Shown piece by piece: positions 49,036 through 60,004 of a DNA stretch of 64,000 nt. The DNA is from Syntrophales bacterium. Its GTDB lineage: Bacteria; Desulfobacterota; Syntrophia; Syntrophales; PHBD01. The position numbers were made by a program, and so were the translations under genes. Each line of letters starts with the position of its first letter. The first letter of the stretch is position 1. The notes below the pieces were generated by a model. It searched no databases. It had not been told where the DNA came from and saw only the letters and a program-made list of their open reading frames with translations. The stretch spans positions 4,064,001-4,128,000 of the forward strand of contig OY764159.1 in assembly GCA_963668175.1 (NCBI GenBank). The letters run 5' to 3'.

Positions 49036-50610
49036 ATGGATATCATGCCTGAATTGGATATCGTCCTGGATTACTTAATCCCGGAGAGGCCGGGACATGC
49101 CCTGGCCCAAAAATATATACGGCCGGACGAATCGTCGGCGAGAATCTGGATAGCGGCCTCGACGATAGACAGGCTATACACCGAAACGATGGCCGAAGGA
49201 GAAAAACGGAACACGAATCGAGCCGAGCTGGCAGCTGCTTTCTCGGCCTTCATGTCCCAAGTCAGCATCCTGACCGTTACGGCCCAGAGCGCCAGGGACA
49301 TCGTTTCCTTCGAACACATCGCCGGCGACCTTGCCTTCCGGAATTTCAAGCGGGTGGCCCCAAACGGCATCGTGCTCACCAGCGGCGACGGTCCGGGCAG
49401 GTATCCTGATTCCGTCTCCCTGATGCAATTCGCCGCCGGCGAACCGTTAAGGGAATCCCCGTCGGTTCCGATGCTCGATCTCAAGGAAGAGTACCGCTAC
49501 ATGCTCGAAGATATTGACGATTCCGTTCTCCAGGGCATCGCGGACACGCGCTATATCCTGGGGCCGGCTGTAACCGCCCTGGAAAAGCGGATCGGCGAAT
49601 ACCTGGGCGTCAGACATTGCGTAGGGGCGTCATCCGGCACCGACGCGCTGGTCATCGCTTTGCGGGCGCTGGCCATCATGAGAAAGGGAGAGGAATACTT
49701 CAGCCGCAACGACGAGATCATAACGACCCCCCTGACGTTCACGGCCACGGGAGACGCCATTCTCCGCGCCGGCGCGACGCCGGTTTTCGTGGATATCGAC
49801 CCCGGCACCTTCAACATGGACCCGTCGAAAATAAAAGATTACCTGATCAAGAACCCGGATTCCGTCGTCGGCATCATTCCGGTCCATCTTTACGGACAGG
49901 CATGCCCGATGGACGACATCATGGCCCTGTCCTCGGAACGGGGGCTGTTCGTCCTGGAAGATGTCGCCCAGGCCTTCGGCGGCTCATTCCATGGAAAGAA
50001 ACTTGGTTCCATCGGAACAGGCGGTGCTTTCAGCTTCTTTCCCTCCAAGAACCTCGGATCATTCGGCGACGGAGGCATGATCGCGAGCAATGACGACGCC
50101 TTCGCGGAACTGGCAAGGATGCTCACCAAGCACGGCGGCAAGGACAAATACAACGTTGATCACATCGGATATAACGCCCGGCTCGATACCCTTCAGGCGG
50201 CCGTTGTTCTGGCCAAGATGAAGTATGTCGACCTCTTTAATAACCGGCGCCAAGAACTGGCCGGACAATACAGAGACGGTCTTCAAGGCATTGAAGGGCT
50301 CGTCCTTCCCGCTGCCGACGAGGGTCATGTTTTTCACCAGTACACCGTACGGGTCCTTAACGGACGGAGAGACGGACTCCAGACGTATCTGCAATCGCAG
50401 GGCATCGGTTCCATGATCTACTATCCCCTGCCTCTCCATAAGATGAAGGTGTTTGCAAACAGAATGAAGCTCCCCGAATCTGTCCTCCAAGCAGAAACGG
50501 CCTGTGCGGAAGTGCTATCCCTTCCGATTGAACCTCTGCAGAGCCGGGAAGCAACGGACAGCGTCATCCGGTCGGTGCGCAATTTCTTCAAAGGATCCGC
50601 TTCATGCTGA
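49036..50610 (+). CDS. DegT/DnrJ/EryC1/StrS aminotransferase (WbpE-like) with a 145-aa N-terminal PIN-like extension
   Basis: SSGTDAL, EDVAQAFG, SFFPSKNLGSFGDGG, GYNARLD. Start at ATG 49036 after GAGAGGA. Confidence 0.85.
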   Translation: MDIMPELDIVLDYLIPERPGHALAQKYIRPDESSARIWIAASTIDRLYTETMAEGEKRNTNRAELAAAFSAFMSQVSILTVTAQSARDIVSFEHIAGDLAFRNFKRVAPNGIVLTSGDGPGRYPDSVSLMQFAAGEPLRESPSVPMLDLKEEYRYMLEDIDDSVLQGIADTRYILGPAVTALEKRIGEYLGVRHCVGASSGTDALVIALRALAIMRKGEEYFSRNDEIITTPLTFTATGDAILRAGATPVFVDIDPGTFNMDPSKIKDYLIKNPDSVVGIIPVHLYGQACPMDDIMALSSERGLFVLEDVAQAFGGSFHGKKLGSIGTGGAFSFFPSKNLGSFGDGGMIASNDDAFAELARMLTKHGGKDKYNVDHIGYNARLDTLQAAVVLAKMKYVDLFNNRRQELAGQYRDGLQGIEGLVLPAADEGHVFHQYTVRVLNGRRDGLQTYLQSQGIGSMIYYPLPLHKMKVFANRMKLPESVLQAETACAEVLSLPIEPLQSREATDSVIRSVRNFFKGSASC

Positions 50611-51704
50611 ACAACAAGACCGTTGCCGTCGTCATACCGGCGTACAACGAAGAAAGGCAGATCGAACAGGTCGTGACATCCATGCCGGATTTTGTCGACC
50701 GGATCGTTGTGGTCAATGATAGTTCGAAGGATGGAACTGCCGCAGTCATACAGCGCCTTATGAACAAGGGGGAAACGGCTACCGGCAAGACAGCCATTCG
50801 CGAATATGCGCCGGACGAGACAAAGTACAATCGCGCCGATATCGTTCTCCATCAGCTTCAGAAGGAGGAAATGGAAAAATACGTACCGGCGGAGATCGTC
50901 AATGCCGCGCCCGAGACGGATCGCATCATCCTCATCAACCACCTGCAAAACGGCGGCGTAGGCGCGGCCATCGCCAGAGGGTACAAATGGTGCCTCGATC
51001 ACCGCATCGATTGTACCGCGGTGATGGCGGGAGACGGGCAGATGGACCCCTCCGAACTTGAAGCCATTTGCCGTCCCGTTATTGACGAGGGCATCGACTA
51101 CAGCAAGGGCAACCGCCTCATTCATCGAAGCGCCTGGCTGATCGTCCCCAAGGTGAGATTTATCGGCAATTCCGTGCTCTCCATTCTCACCAAGATCGCG
51201 TCCGGTTACTGGCATGTCTCAGACACGCAATGCGGATACACAGCCATATCCTTGAAGGCGCTCCAGGCCATCCGGATTTACGATATCTACAAGAGCTACG
51301 GCATGCCCAATGATCTGCTGGTCAAGCTCAATATCGCCTTCTGTACGCTCAAGGAAGTGGACATCAAGCCTGTTTACAACGTGGGCGAACAGTCCAAAAT
51401 GAAAATATGGCAGGTAATGCCCCGTGTCACGGCCCTGCTCTGCAAGTCTTTCTTTAAACGGTTGTGGATAAAATACCTCATCAGGGATTTCCACCCCCTT
51501 TTCTTGCTGTACCATTTTTCCATCATTCTGGGATGCATCACCATCCCGTATATGGTTAAGATTTTCCGAATTGCAACCTTCACGAACGAAAATGTCCCGA
51601 CATTGACGATGCTCGCGTTTCTGTTTCTCTTTATCAGCGCCTTTCAATCGCTTCTCTTCGCCATGTGGATGGACATACAGGACAACGAGAGGCTCTATAA
51701 ATGA
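50604..51704 (+). CDS. GT2 glycosyltransferase, polyprenyl-phosphate sugar synthase type (DPM1/ArnC/GtrB-like), C-terminal TMs
   Basis: [38 protein letters not shown]; two hydrophobic C-terminal segments. Confidence 0.85.
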   Translation: MLNNKTVAVVIPAYNEERQIEQVVTSMPDFVDRIVVVNDSSKDGTAAVIQRLMNKGETATGKTAIREYAPDETKYNRADIVLHQLQKEEMEKYVPAEIVNAAPETDRIILINHLQNGGVGAAIARGYKWCLDHRIDCTAVMAGDGQMDPSELEAICRPVIDEGIDYSKGNRLIHRSAWLIVPKVRFIGNSVLSILTKIASGYWHVSDTQCGYTAISLKALQAIRIYDIYKSYGMPNDLLVKLNIAFCTLKEVDIKPVYNVGEQSKMKIWQVMPRVTALLCKSFFKRLWIKYLIRDFHPLFLLYHFSIILGCITIPYMVKIFRIATFTNENVPTLTMLAFLFLFISAFQSLLFAMWMDIQDNERLYK

Positions 51705-53311
51705 AACGTACAGGAACCAGGCAGACGATACCGGGCATCGCCGTCATCGGAACGGGCTACTGGGGCAAAAACCTGGCCCGTAATTACGCGCAACTCGGTA
51801 CCCTGAGACTTATCTGCGACAGAAATGAATCGATCCTCGAACAGATGAAGGCCTTATACCCGGACATCGAAACGGGCATGGCCCTGAACGACGTCCTGAA
51901 GCGGGACGATGTGCGGGGTGTCGTTATCGCGACCCCGGCAGAGACGCATTTCACGATTGCCAGGGAAGTGCTTCTGGCGGGAAAGCATGTGTACGTGGAA
52001 AAACCCCTCGTCCTCCATGAACCGGAAGCACACGAACTGATCAGCCTTGCCGCGGAAAAGAACCTCACCCTGATGGTCGGCCACCTGCTGCAGTACCATC
52101 CCGTCTTCGAACGGCTGAAGAAGCTGACCCAGGCCGGCGAACTTGGCCGGATCAATTATATCTATTCCCATCGCCTCAACCTGGGTAAGATCAGGAGAGA
52201 AGAGAACATCCTGTGGTCCTTTGCGCCCCATGACATATCCATGATCCTTTCGCTCGCCGGCGAAGAGCCCGAACGCGTCATGGCCACGGGAGGCAACTAT
52301 CTCCATCGAAAGATTGCCGACGTAACCACGACCCACCTGGAATTTGCTTCCGGGCTGCGGGCGCATATCTTCGTCTCATGGCTCCACCCTTTTAAAGAGC
52401 AGAAGCTCGTCGTCGTGGGCGACCGCAAGATGGCCGTTTTTGACGACACGCTGCCCTGGCCGGATAAATTGCTCCTCTATCCCCACAAAATCAAGTGGGA
52501 GAACAACGTCCCGGTCCCTGCCAAGGGGGAACCGGAGCGTGTCGATGTCGATCCCGTCGAGCCGCTGAAGTCGGAATGCGAACATTTCCTGAAATGCATC
52601 GCGACGGGACATACGCCGTTGACCGACGGTCATGAGGGATTGCGGGTCTTAAGAATCCTGAACGCCTGCCAGCGCTCCCTGAACGACAACGGCAAACAGG
52701 TCAGGCTCAAAGAGGGTACGGACAAGAAGGTTGATGAAACGCCTGCCGGGGAGCGTCCCTTCTTCAAGCACGATACGGCCGTCGTCGACGATAACGTCAC
52801 CATCGGACGGGGAACGAAGATATGGCATTTTTCCCATATCCTGCCCGGGTCCGTCATCGGCGAAGAATGCAATATCGGCCAGAATGTCGTCATCGGACCG
52901 GAGGTTACCGTTGGCAAAGGGTGTAAGATTCAAAACAATATCTCTCTTTATAAGGGCGTAACGCTGGAGGATCAGGTCTTCTGCGGTCCATCCATGGTCT
53001 TTACGAATGTCTTCAACCCCCGGGCCCATATCCGCCGCATGGACGAACTGAGGCCTACGCTCGTTAAAATGGGCGCTTCGCTGGGAGCCAACTGCACGGT
53101 TGTCTGCGGCTACACGATCGGCCGTTATGCCTTCGTCGGGGCGGGCGCCGTCGTGACGAAGGACATCCCCGACCATGCCCTGGTGGCCGGCAACCCCGCC
53201 AGATTCATGGGCTGGATATGCGAATGCGGGGAAAAACTGGACAAGAATCTTGCCTGTCCGGCCTGCGGGAAGGGATTCAGGAAGTACAAAAAAGGACTGA
53301 AAGCGCTATGA
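51701..53311 (+). CDS. Fusion of Gfo/Idh/MocA oxidoreductase (WbpB-like) and hexapeptide N-acetyltransferase (WbpD-like)
   Basis: GTGYWG, VEKPL, FAPHDIS; then [24 protein letters not shown]...CPACG. Confidence 0.85.
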   Translation: MKRTGTRQTIPGIAVIGTGYWGKNLARNYAQLGTLRLICDRNESILEQMKALYPDIETGMALNDVLKRDDVRGVVIATPAETHFTIAREVLLAGKHVYVEKPLVLHEPEAHELISLAAEKNLTLMVGHLLQYHPVFERLKKLTQAGELGRINYIYSHRLNLGKIRREENILWSFAPHDISMILSLAGEEPERVMATGGNYLHRKIADVTTTHLEFASGLRAHIFVSWLHPFKEQKLVVVGDRKMAVFDDTLPWPDKLLLYPHKIKWENNVPVPAKGEPERVDVDPVEPLKSECEHFLKCIATGHTPLTDGHEGLRVLRILNACQRSLNDNGKQVRLKEGTDKKVDETPAGERPFFKHDTAVVDDNVTIGRGTKIWHFSHILPGSVIGEECNIGQNVVIGPEVTVGKGCKIQNNISLYKGVTLEDQVFCGPSMVFTNVFNPRAHIRRMDELRPTLVKMGASLGANCTVVCGYTIGRYAFVGAGAVVTKDIPDHALVAGNPARFMGWICECGEKLDKNLACPACGKGFRKYKKGLKAL

Positions 53312-53320
53312 GGCATACCC

Positions 53321-54274
53321 ATGATCGTCAATAAGACTATTTTCATCACCGGCGGCGCCGGTTTCATAGCGAACACCCTCATTTCGCGGCTGGTCGAAAG
53401 CAATCGAATCATCGTCTATGACAATTTTCACCGCGACACGCTTTCCGGCAGTCCCTATGCCTCTCACCCGAACCTGCGCACCGTCAAGGGCGACGTCCTG
53501 GAAGAGGACAATGTCCGGAAGAGCATGGCGGGAGCGGATATCGTCGTCCATGCGGCCGCCATCGCCGGTATCGATACGGTCATCAAGAGCCCGACGAAGA
53601 CGATGCGGGTCAACATGATCGGCACGGCGAACGTCCTGGAGGCCGCAAGACAAAACCGGATCAGGGACCGCATCGTCGATTTTTCCACGTCGGAAGTCTT
53701 CGGAAGCTTTGCCTTCAAGCCTACGGAAGATGCCGACACAGTTGCAGGAAGCGCCGGGGAAGCACGCTGGACCTACGCCGTAAGCAAGCTGGCCGGTGAG
53801 CATCTGGCCATCGCCTACTTCCGGGAATTCGGCCTCCCTATCGTGTCCGTCAGGCCGTTCAACGTTTACGGCCCGGGACAGACCGGCGAAGGGGCCATTC
53901 AGGTCTTCATCAAGCACGCCCTCAAGAATGAGGAAATCGAGATCCACGGCGACGGCAATCAGATCCGGGCCTGGTGCTTCGTCGATGACTTTGTGGACTG
54001 CCTGATGGCTTGCGTCGAAAACCCTGTCGCCATCGGTGAGTCTTTCAATATCGGCAACGCCCGGGCCGTCATGACAACGTATGGCCTGGCCCAAACAGTC
54101 TGCCGGGTCCTCGGTTCCCGGTCGAATATCGTCTTCAAACCGGCTCTGTCCGCCGAGGTGGAATTGAGAATCCCGTCTGTCGAGAAGGCCTTCCGGATGC
54201 TTGGATTCCGGGCAAGAACCGACCTCGACGAAGGCATCCGCCGAACGGCCGATTGGTTCCTGAAACATGATTAA
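53321..54274 (+). CDS. NAD-dependent epimerase/dehydratase/decarboxylase (extended SDR)
   Basis: [21 protein letters not shown] (YxxxK), RPFNVYGP. Confidence 0.88.
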   Translation: MIVNKTIFITGGAGFIANTLISRLVESNRIIVYDNFHRDTLSGSPYASHPNLRTVKGDVLEEDNVRKSMAGADIVVHAAAIAGIDTVIKSPTKTMRVNMIGTANVLEAARQNRIRDRIVDFSTSEVFGSFAFKPTEDADTVAGSAGEARWTYAVSKLAGEHLAIAYFREFGLPIVSVRPFNVYGPGQTGEGAIQVFIKHALKNEEIEIHGDGNQIRAWCFVDDFVDCLMACVENPVAIGESFNIGNARAVMTTYGLAQTVCRVLGSRSNIVFKPALSAEVELRIPSVEKAFRMLGFRARTDLDEGIRRTADWFLKHD

Positions 54275-55367
54275 GCTTGCACAGCCGAACATACCCGAAG
54301 AAGCCGTTGAAAAGGTCGCGGACATCCTGCGGTCGGGCCTTCTGATCCAGGGGCGCAACGTCGAGACCTTTGAAAAAGCCATCGCCGCCTATACCGGCGC
54401 GCCCCATGCCGTGGCCGTCTCGTCGGGAACGGCAGCGCTTCATCTTTCCCTTATGGCATTGGGCATTACGCACGGCGACGAAGTGATCGTTCCGGCCTTC
54501 ACCTTTCCGGCGACGGTCAATGTCGTGGAACTGGTCGGCGCCAGACCCGTTCTGGTCGATATCCGGCTTGACGATCTTTGCCTGGACGCATCACGCATCG
54601 AAGAGGCCATTTCCAAGAAGACAAAGGCCATCCTTCCGGTACACGAGTTCGGTCAGGCCGCCGACATGGAGAAGATATCGACAGTGGCCGGCCGTCTCGA
54701 CATACCGGTTGTCGAAGATGCCGCCTGCGCCCTGGGCACCGAATACAATCGCCGCAAGGCGGGCACATTCGGCATAGCAGGCTGCTTCAGTTTTCATCCC
54801 CGCAAGGCCATTACGACCGGCGAAGGAGGGGCCGTCACGACCGGAAGCGAAAAGTTCGCCGAAAAGATACGGTCCCTGCGCAATCATGGAATTGCCCTGA
54901 CACCGGAAGGTCAGGACTTCATCCACGCGGGCCTCAACTACCGGATGACCGACTTCCAGGCTGCTTTAGGCCTTGGCCAAATGGATCACCTCGACCAGCA
55001 GATTGAGGAACGGATACAGTTGGCCGACCGCTACGACGAAGCGCTGGCAGGAATCCCCTGGCTTACCCTGCCCTGCCGGCATCCTAATAGGAGACATGTC
55101 TTTCAGACGTATCACGTCCTGTGCGATCCGAAGATCGATAGACAAAAACTGATCCGTGATCTGAAGTCTGCCGGCATTGAAACGAACCTGGGAGCCCAGG
55201 CGATCCAGTGCCTTACATACTACAGAAAAAAATACGGTTTCCGGGAATCCGATTTCCCCCATGCGGTCCGGGCCTACCGGCATGGACTGGCTTTGCCCAT
55301 GGGGTCCCATGTCCGGCCGGAAGACGTCCTGTATATTGCCGGGCGGCTGGCCGAATATGCGGGATAA
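54267..55367 (+). CDS. DegT/DnrJ/EryC1/StrS aminotransferase
   Basis: [38 protein letters not shown]. Confidence 0.9.
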   Translation: MIKLAQPNIPEEAVEKVADILRSGLLIQGRNVETFEKAIAAYTGAPHAVAVSSGTAALHLSLMALGITHGDEVIVPAFTFPATVNVVELVGARPVLVDIRLDDLCLDASRIEEAISKKTKAILPVHEFGQAADMEKISTVAGRLDIPVVEDAACALGTEYNRRKAGTFGIAGCFSFHPRKAITTGEGGAVTTGSEKFAEKIRSLRNHGIALTPEGQDFIHAGLNYRMTDFQAALGLGQMDHLDQQIEERIQLADRYDEALAGIPWLTLPCRHPNRRHVFQTYHVLCDPKIDRQKLIRDLKSAGIETNLGAQAIQCLTYYRKKYGFRESDFPHAVRAYRHGLALPMGSHVRPEDVLYIAGRLAEYAG

Positions 55368-55532
55368 GAAGGCCGTCAAAACAGCCCGCCGGAAGAAGGA
55401 CGATTATGGCCTTGATATCTTCCGGCGGTTGGCATAATGATACCCTGTTTCGTGCATTGAGACCGTCGACCATAACTTGCCGTTAAAGATTTATGCGTGG
55501 CGGTTCGCCCGGGGGAAAGGCGGAGAGAAAGC

Positions 55533-56066
55533 ATGGATATAGGCGACCACAAGAGATACGCCACGCACGGGACGGGGAAGTTCCAGTTCTCCGACTTCCG
55601 GAAAATCGGCCGCCATGTCGTTTTTGAGGACGGCGTTCTGGTCTTTCACCCGGAGAACATTACCATCGGTGAAAACGTCTATATTGGTCACAATACGATC
55701 CTCAAAGGGTACTATAAAGGGGAGATGTTCATCGGCGATCATACCTGGATCGGCCAGGGATGCTTCTTTCACAGCGCCGGTGATATTATCATCGGCAAAG
55801 CCGTCGGCATCGGGCCGATGGTGAAAATCATCACGTCGGTCCACGAGGAGGGAAATCCTGCCGCGCCCGTCCTGTTTCAGGATTTGATCTTCAGGAAGGT
55901 CACGATCGAAGACGGAAGCGATATCGGCATCGGCTCCATCATCCTGCCGGGCGTCACCGTCGGCGAAGGCGCCATTGTCGCCGCCGGGGCCGTCGTGACC
56001 CGCGATATACCGCCTCACTCCGTTGCCGCCGGTGTTCCGGCAAAGATTATACGAAAGCGGACTTAG
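55533..56066 (+). CDS. Hexapeptide-repeat acyltransferase
   Basis: LbH repeats and [10 protein letters not shown]...AGVPAK; start at ATG 55533 after GGAGAG. Confidence 0.85.
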   Translation: MDIGDHKRYATHGTGKFQFSDFRKIGRHVVFEDGVLVFHPENITIGENVYIGHNTILKGYYKGEMFIGDHTWIGQGCFFHSAGDIIIGKAVGIGPMVKIITSVHEEGNPAAPVLFQDLIFRKVTIEDGSDIGIGSIILPGVTVGEGAIVAAGAVVTRDIPPHSVAAGVPAKIIRKRT

Positions 56067-56074
56067 ACCTGTCC

Positions 56075-56701
56075 ATGGAACAGAAGATCATCATCGTCGA
56101 TTACGGAATGGGGAATCTCGGTTCCATTTATAATATGCTGAAGCACTTAGGCATTCAGGCGACCATTACCTCCAAGATCTCCGATGTAGAGCAAGCGGAT
56201 AAATTGCTCCTGTCCGGCGTCGGTGCCTTCGACAACGGCATGAAGAGTCTTGCGAATCTCGATTTACTCCCTATCCTCAACCGTAAAGCCAGGGAAGACA
56301 AGACGCCCGTCCTGGGCATCTGCCTGGGAATGCAGCTTCTGACCGAAAAGAGCGAGGAAGGGGAACTGCCGGGGCTGGGTTGGATTCAAGGCAAGACCGT
56401 TCGTTTTTCGTTTCCCAAAAACGACGGCCATTTAAAAATCCCGCATATGGGGTGGAATACGGTCGATCTCAAGAAATCGAACCCCCTGTTTGAAGGCATG
56501 TTCGCCGAACCAAGGTTTTATTTCGTTCATTCCTATCACCTCTTGTGCGATCATCCGGAGGATGTCGTCTGCCTGACCAACCACGGATACGATTTCGCGT
56601 CCATCGTCAACCGGGACAACATCTTCGGGGTCCAGTTTCATCCGGAAAAGAGCCATAAATTCGGTATGAAGCTCCTGGAAAATTTCATTCGGCGGGTCTG
56701 A
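56075..56701 (+). CDS. HisH-like glutamine amidotransferase (glycan acetamidino modification)
   Basis: DYGMGN, GICLGMQ, PHMGWN, FHPEKS; lies in a glycan cluster, not a his operon. Confidence 0.9.
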   Translation: MEQKIIIVDYGMGNLGSIYNMLKHLGIQATITSKISDVEQADKLLLSGVGAFDNGMKSLANLDLLPILNRKAREDKTPVLGICLGMQLLTEKSEEGELPGLGWIQGKTVRFSFPKNDGHLKIPHMGWNTVDLKKSNPLFEGMFAEPRFYFVHSYHLLCDHPEDVVCLTNHGYDFASIVNRDNIFGVQFHPEKSHKFGMKLLENFIRRV

Positions 56702-56702
56702 T

Positions 56703-57464
56703 ATGCTGAAAACGAGGGTTATGCCATGTCTGCTTTCCAAAAACGGGCGCCTGGTCAAAACGGTTAAATTCAAAAATCCGGCCTATATTGGCGATCCCGT
56801 CAATGCCATCAAGATTTACAACGAAAAGGAAGTCGACGAACTCATCCTTGTCGACATCACGGCAACGATCGAAGAAAGAAAACCCTCCCTCGATCTCATA
56901 AGCGAAATCGCCGACGAATGCTTCATGCCGCTTACCTACGGCGGCGGCATCAGGGACGTGGACGACATGAGGCGCATCTTCGGCCTCGGCATCGAAAAGA
57001 TCGCCGTAAACAGCTACGCTGCGGAGAATCCGTCTTTCATCACCCAGGCCGCCGCGCTGTTCGGAAGCCAGAGTGTCGTCGTCTCCATCGACGCAAAGAA
57101 AAACTGGCTGGGCCGCTATACGGTCTTCACCCACGGAGGCAGAAAAGACATCAAACGCGATCCGGTGGCGTATGCCAGGGAGATGGAGCAAATGGGGGCG
57201 GGAGAAATCCTGTTGAATTCGATCGACCGGGACGGCACCATGGAAGGTTACGACCTGGACCTCATCAAGACGGTCGCCGGGGCGATCGGTATCCCCGTCA
57301 TTGCCTGCGGCGGCGCCGGTTCCGTAGACGATTTCGGCAAAGCCGTGAAAACGGGAGGGGCCTCAGCCGTCGCCGCCGGCAGCATGGTCGTCTACCAGGG
57401 AAAGAACCGCGGCGTGCTGATCAACTTCCCGACCAGGGAAGATTTGGAAAGGGTCCTGAACTAG
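56703..57464 (+). CDS. HisF-like cyclase subunit (AglZ/HisF2 type)
   Basis: YIGDPVNAIKIYNEKEVDEL, YGGGI, IDRDGT, AAGSMVVY. Confidence 0.88.
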   Translation: MLKTRVMPCLLSKNGRLVKTVKFKNPAYIGDPVNAIKIYNEKEVDELILVDITATIEERKPSLDLISEIADECFMPLTYGGGIRDVDDMRRIFGLGIEKIAVNSYAAENPSFITQAAALFGSQSVVVSIDAKKNWLGRYTVFTHGGRKDIKRDPVAYAREMEQMGAGEILLNSIDRDGTMEGYDLDLIKTVAGAIGIPVIACGGAGSVDDFGKAVKTGGASAVAAGSMVVYQGKNRGVLINFPTREDLERVLN

Positions 57465-57465
57465 C

Positions 57466-58614
57466 ATGGAGAACGAGAAGAACACCATCTGCACACGATG
57501 CATTTACGACGACCACATCCCTTATATAACATTCGACGAGGAAGGCGTCTGCAACTACTGCCGTCAGACGGAACAGTTGGAGAATGAATATCCCACCGGC
57601 GACAGAGGGTGGAAGATTCTCGAAGAACTGGCGGAAAAAATAAGGCGCGACGGCAAGGGCAAGCCTTACGACGTCGTCGTCGGCGTCAGCGGCGGATGCG
57701 ATTCATCCTACATGCTCCATTTGTCCGCCAAACTCGGACTGCGGCCTCTTGCCGCCCACTTCGACAACACATGGAACTCCAAGATCGCCGTCGAAAATAT
57801 CCACAACATCCTGAAGGTGATGGGCCTGGATCTCTTCACCCATGTGGTGGACAACAGGGAATTCTGCGACATCTTCAAGTCGTTTCTCATGGCCTCCGTT
57901 CCCGACATCGACACCGCTTCCGACATCGGCCTGGCAACGACCCACTATCTGGCCGCCAAGAAATACGGCATCAAATATATCTTCGAAGGCCATTCCTTCC
58001 GTACGGAAGGCATATCCCCCCACGGCTGGTTCTACATGGATGCCAAATACATCGAAACGGTGCAGAAGACATACGGCTCCTACAAACTGGAGACATTTCC
58101 AAACCTCTGGATGTCGCACTGGCTGAGATGGACCATATTCGACGGTATCAAGAAAATCCGGCCCCTCTATTATCTCGACTACGACAAAGAACAGACGAAG
58201 AAATTCCTGAGCGACACGCTCGGCTGGCAGTGGTACGGCGGCCATCACATGGAGAACAGGACGGCCTACTTCACCAACAACTACTATCTGCCGCGAAAAT
58301 TCGCGATCGACCTCCGGTATTCGGAATTCTCCGCCCTGGTGAGGGCGGGCAAGATGACCCGGGCCGATGCCCTTGCGCAGATCAAGGAGCCCAAGCCGTT
58401 CGATCAGGGCATTCTCGAAGAGGTCAAAAAACGGCTCAACTTGAACGACGAGACCTTCGCCGAAATCATGGCCCGGCCGAGAAAAACCTACCGGGATTAC
58501 GTCACATACAAAGAGACCTTCGAGCGGATGCGCTGGCTCTTCTGGATCATGTACCGGCTGGATCTGGTTCCGAAGAGTTTCTACATGAAGTATACGAGAA
58601 AGTACGACGAATAA
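57466..58614 (+). CDS. N-acetyl sugar amidotransferase (WbpG/WbuX/AglX family)
   Basis: CTRC...GVCNYC, PP-loop VSGGCDSS, HFDNTWNS, YGGHHME. Confidence 0.88.
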   Translation: MENEKNTICTRCIYDDHIPYITFDEEGVCNYCRQTEQLENEYPTGDRGWKILEELAEKIRRDGKGKPYDVVVGVSGGCDSSYMLHLSAKLGLRPLAAHFDNTWNSKIAVENIHNILKVMGLDLFTHVVDNREFCDIFKSFLMASVPDIDTASDIGLATTHYLAAKKYGIKYIFEGHSFRTEGISPHGWFYMDAKYIETVQKTYGSYKLETFPNLWMSHWLRWTIFDGIKKIRPLYYLDYDKEQTKKFLSDTLGWQWYGGHHMENRTAYFTNNYYLPRKFAIDLRYSEFSALVRAGKMTRADALAQIKEPKPFDQGILEEVKKRLNLNDETFAEIMARPRKTYRDYVTYKETFERMRWLFWIMYRLDLVPKSFYMKYTRKYDE

Positions 58615-58708
58615 CAGGCGGTGACAGGAGATTCACCTCGGACCGCCGCGGCATTCGCGCTTAAAGAGATGTGGCCGAAAACCGCCTTTTGCAGGCAACG
58701 GGAACACC

Positions 58709-60004
58709 ATGAAGATCTTCATCGGCTTGAGAGAACTATCGGGCTACTACCACAATTTGAAGCTGGGCTTCGACGCCCTGGGAATCGAATCCGTTTTTGT
58801 CAATCTGAGCGGTCATCCTTACCAATACGGCGCCGATGCCAATCCCGCCTGGATCAACGGCATCAACCGCATGGCGCAGAAAATCGGCACACGCTTCTTT
58901 TCCAGTTGGACCATGAGAATCATCTGGACCTGTTTCTTTCAGAACATCATCAGCCTCTTTCTCTTTTTCTGGGCTCTTCTTAAATTCGACGCCTTCATCT
59001 TCGGTTCCAATTCGACTTTCTTTTTTTTCCTGGATCTTCCGATTCTTAAACTCTGCAAAAAAAAAATAATCTACGTATTTCACGGCTCTGAAGCCCGTCC
59101 GGTCTATCTGAACGGTTACATCATGAAAGACGATCGCAGGAAGACGATCTGGGTGGGCATCGTCCTCGCCAGGATACAAAAGACGATGCTTGCGATCGTG
59201 AACCGCTACGCCGACTGTTCGATCAATATCCCGCCCCAGGCCTATTTTCATACGAAACCCTTTGTCTCCTGGCTGATGGTGGGCGTCCCTCACCACATCA
59301 CGGCGGCGGCAAGACCTGCTCCCGATTTCAGCAAAACATCGGACGCCCCGGTGCGGATTCTTCATGCCCCATCCAAACCCGGCCCCAAGGGAACACTGGT
59401 TATCCGGCAGGCGATTCAAACATTGAAAGAAAGAGGTCACCGGATCGACTACATCGAAATCACGGGAAAACCGAACAGGGAGGTCCTGGAAGAACTGGAG
59501 CGCTGCGATTTTGTCGTCGACGAGATTTATTCCGATACGCCGATGGCTGTTTTCGCCACGGAGGCCGCCTTCGCCGGCAAACCGACCGTCGTCGGCGGGT
59601 ACTATTCCCGGAATATCCGAGAGGATGTCCCGGCGGCCTGCATACCGCCCAGCCTCTTCTGCCATCCCGACGATCTGGAAAAATCGATTGAAAAAATGGT
59701 CTCGGACAAAGCATACCGGGAAGAACTGGGAAAGAAGGCTTTCGATTTCGTCATGACGCACTGGTCGGCAAAGACGGTTGCCGCCCGATATCTTCAACTC
59801 ATCAGAGGCGATATTCCGGAAGCGTGGCTGTACAACCCTTACCGGATAAGATATTTGCACGGATGCGGTTTGCCGGAGGAAAAGGCCAGGGCGATTATTC
59901 GGGGATTCGTCGCCGCCGCAGGGCCGGGCGCCCTCTGTCTTCGGGATAAACCGGAACTCGTCCGATTGTTCACCCAGTTTGCTTCCTTGGAAAAGCCTTC
60001 ATGA
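58709..60004 (+). CDS. Glycosyltransferase (GT-B/GT4-like)
   Basis: FHGSEAR, ILHAPS..KGT, CDFVVDE, EAAFAGKP. Confidence 0.78.
   Translation: MKIFIGLRELSGYYHNLKLGFDALGIESVFVNLSGHPYQYGADANPAWINGINRMAQKIGTRFFSSWTMRIIWTCFFQNIISLFLFFWALLKFDAFIFGSNSTFFFFLDLPILKLCKKKIIYVFHGSEARPVYLNGYIMKDDRRKTIWVGIVLARIQKTMLAIVNRYADCSINIPPQAYFHTKPFVSWLMVGVPHHITAAARPAPDFSKTSDAPVRILHAPSKPGPKGTLVIRQAIQTLKERGHRIDYIEITGKPNREVLEELERCDFVVDEIYSDTPMAVFATEAAFAGKPTVVGGYYSRNIREDVPAACIPPSLFCHPDDLEKSIEKMVSDKAYREELGKKAFDFVMTHWSAKTVAARYLQLIRGDIPEAWLYNPYRIRYLHGCGLPEEKARAIIRGFVAAAGPGALCLRDKPELVRLFTQFASLEKPS

Noticed and set aside
56075..57464. Histidine biosynthesis operon
   Set aside because: Only hisH/hisF paralogs next to a WbpG-type gene are present; this is the known glycan amidino-modification trio.
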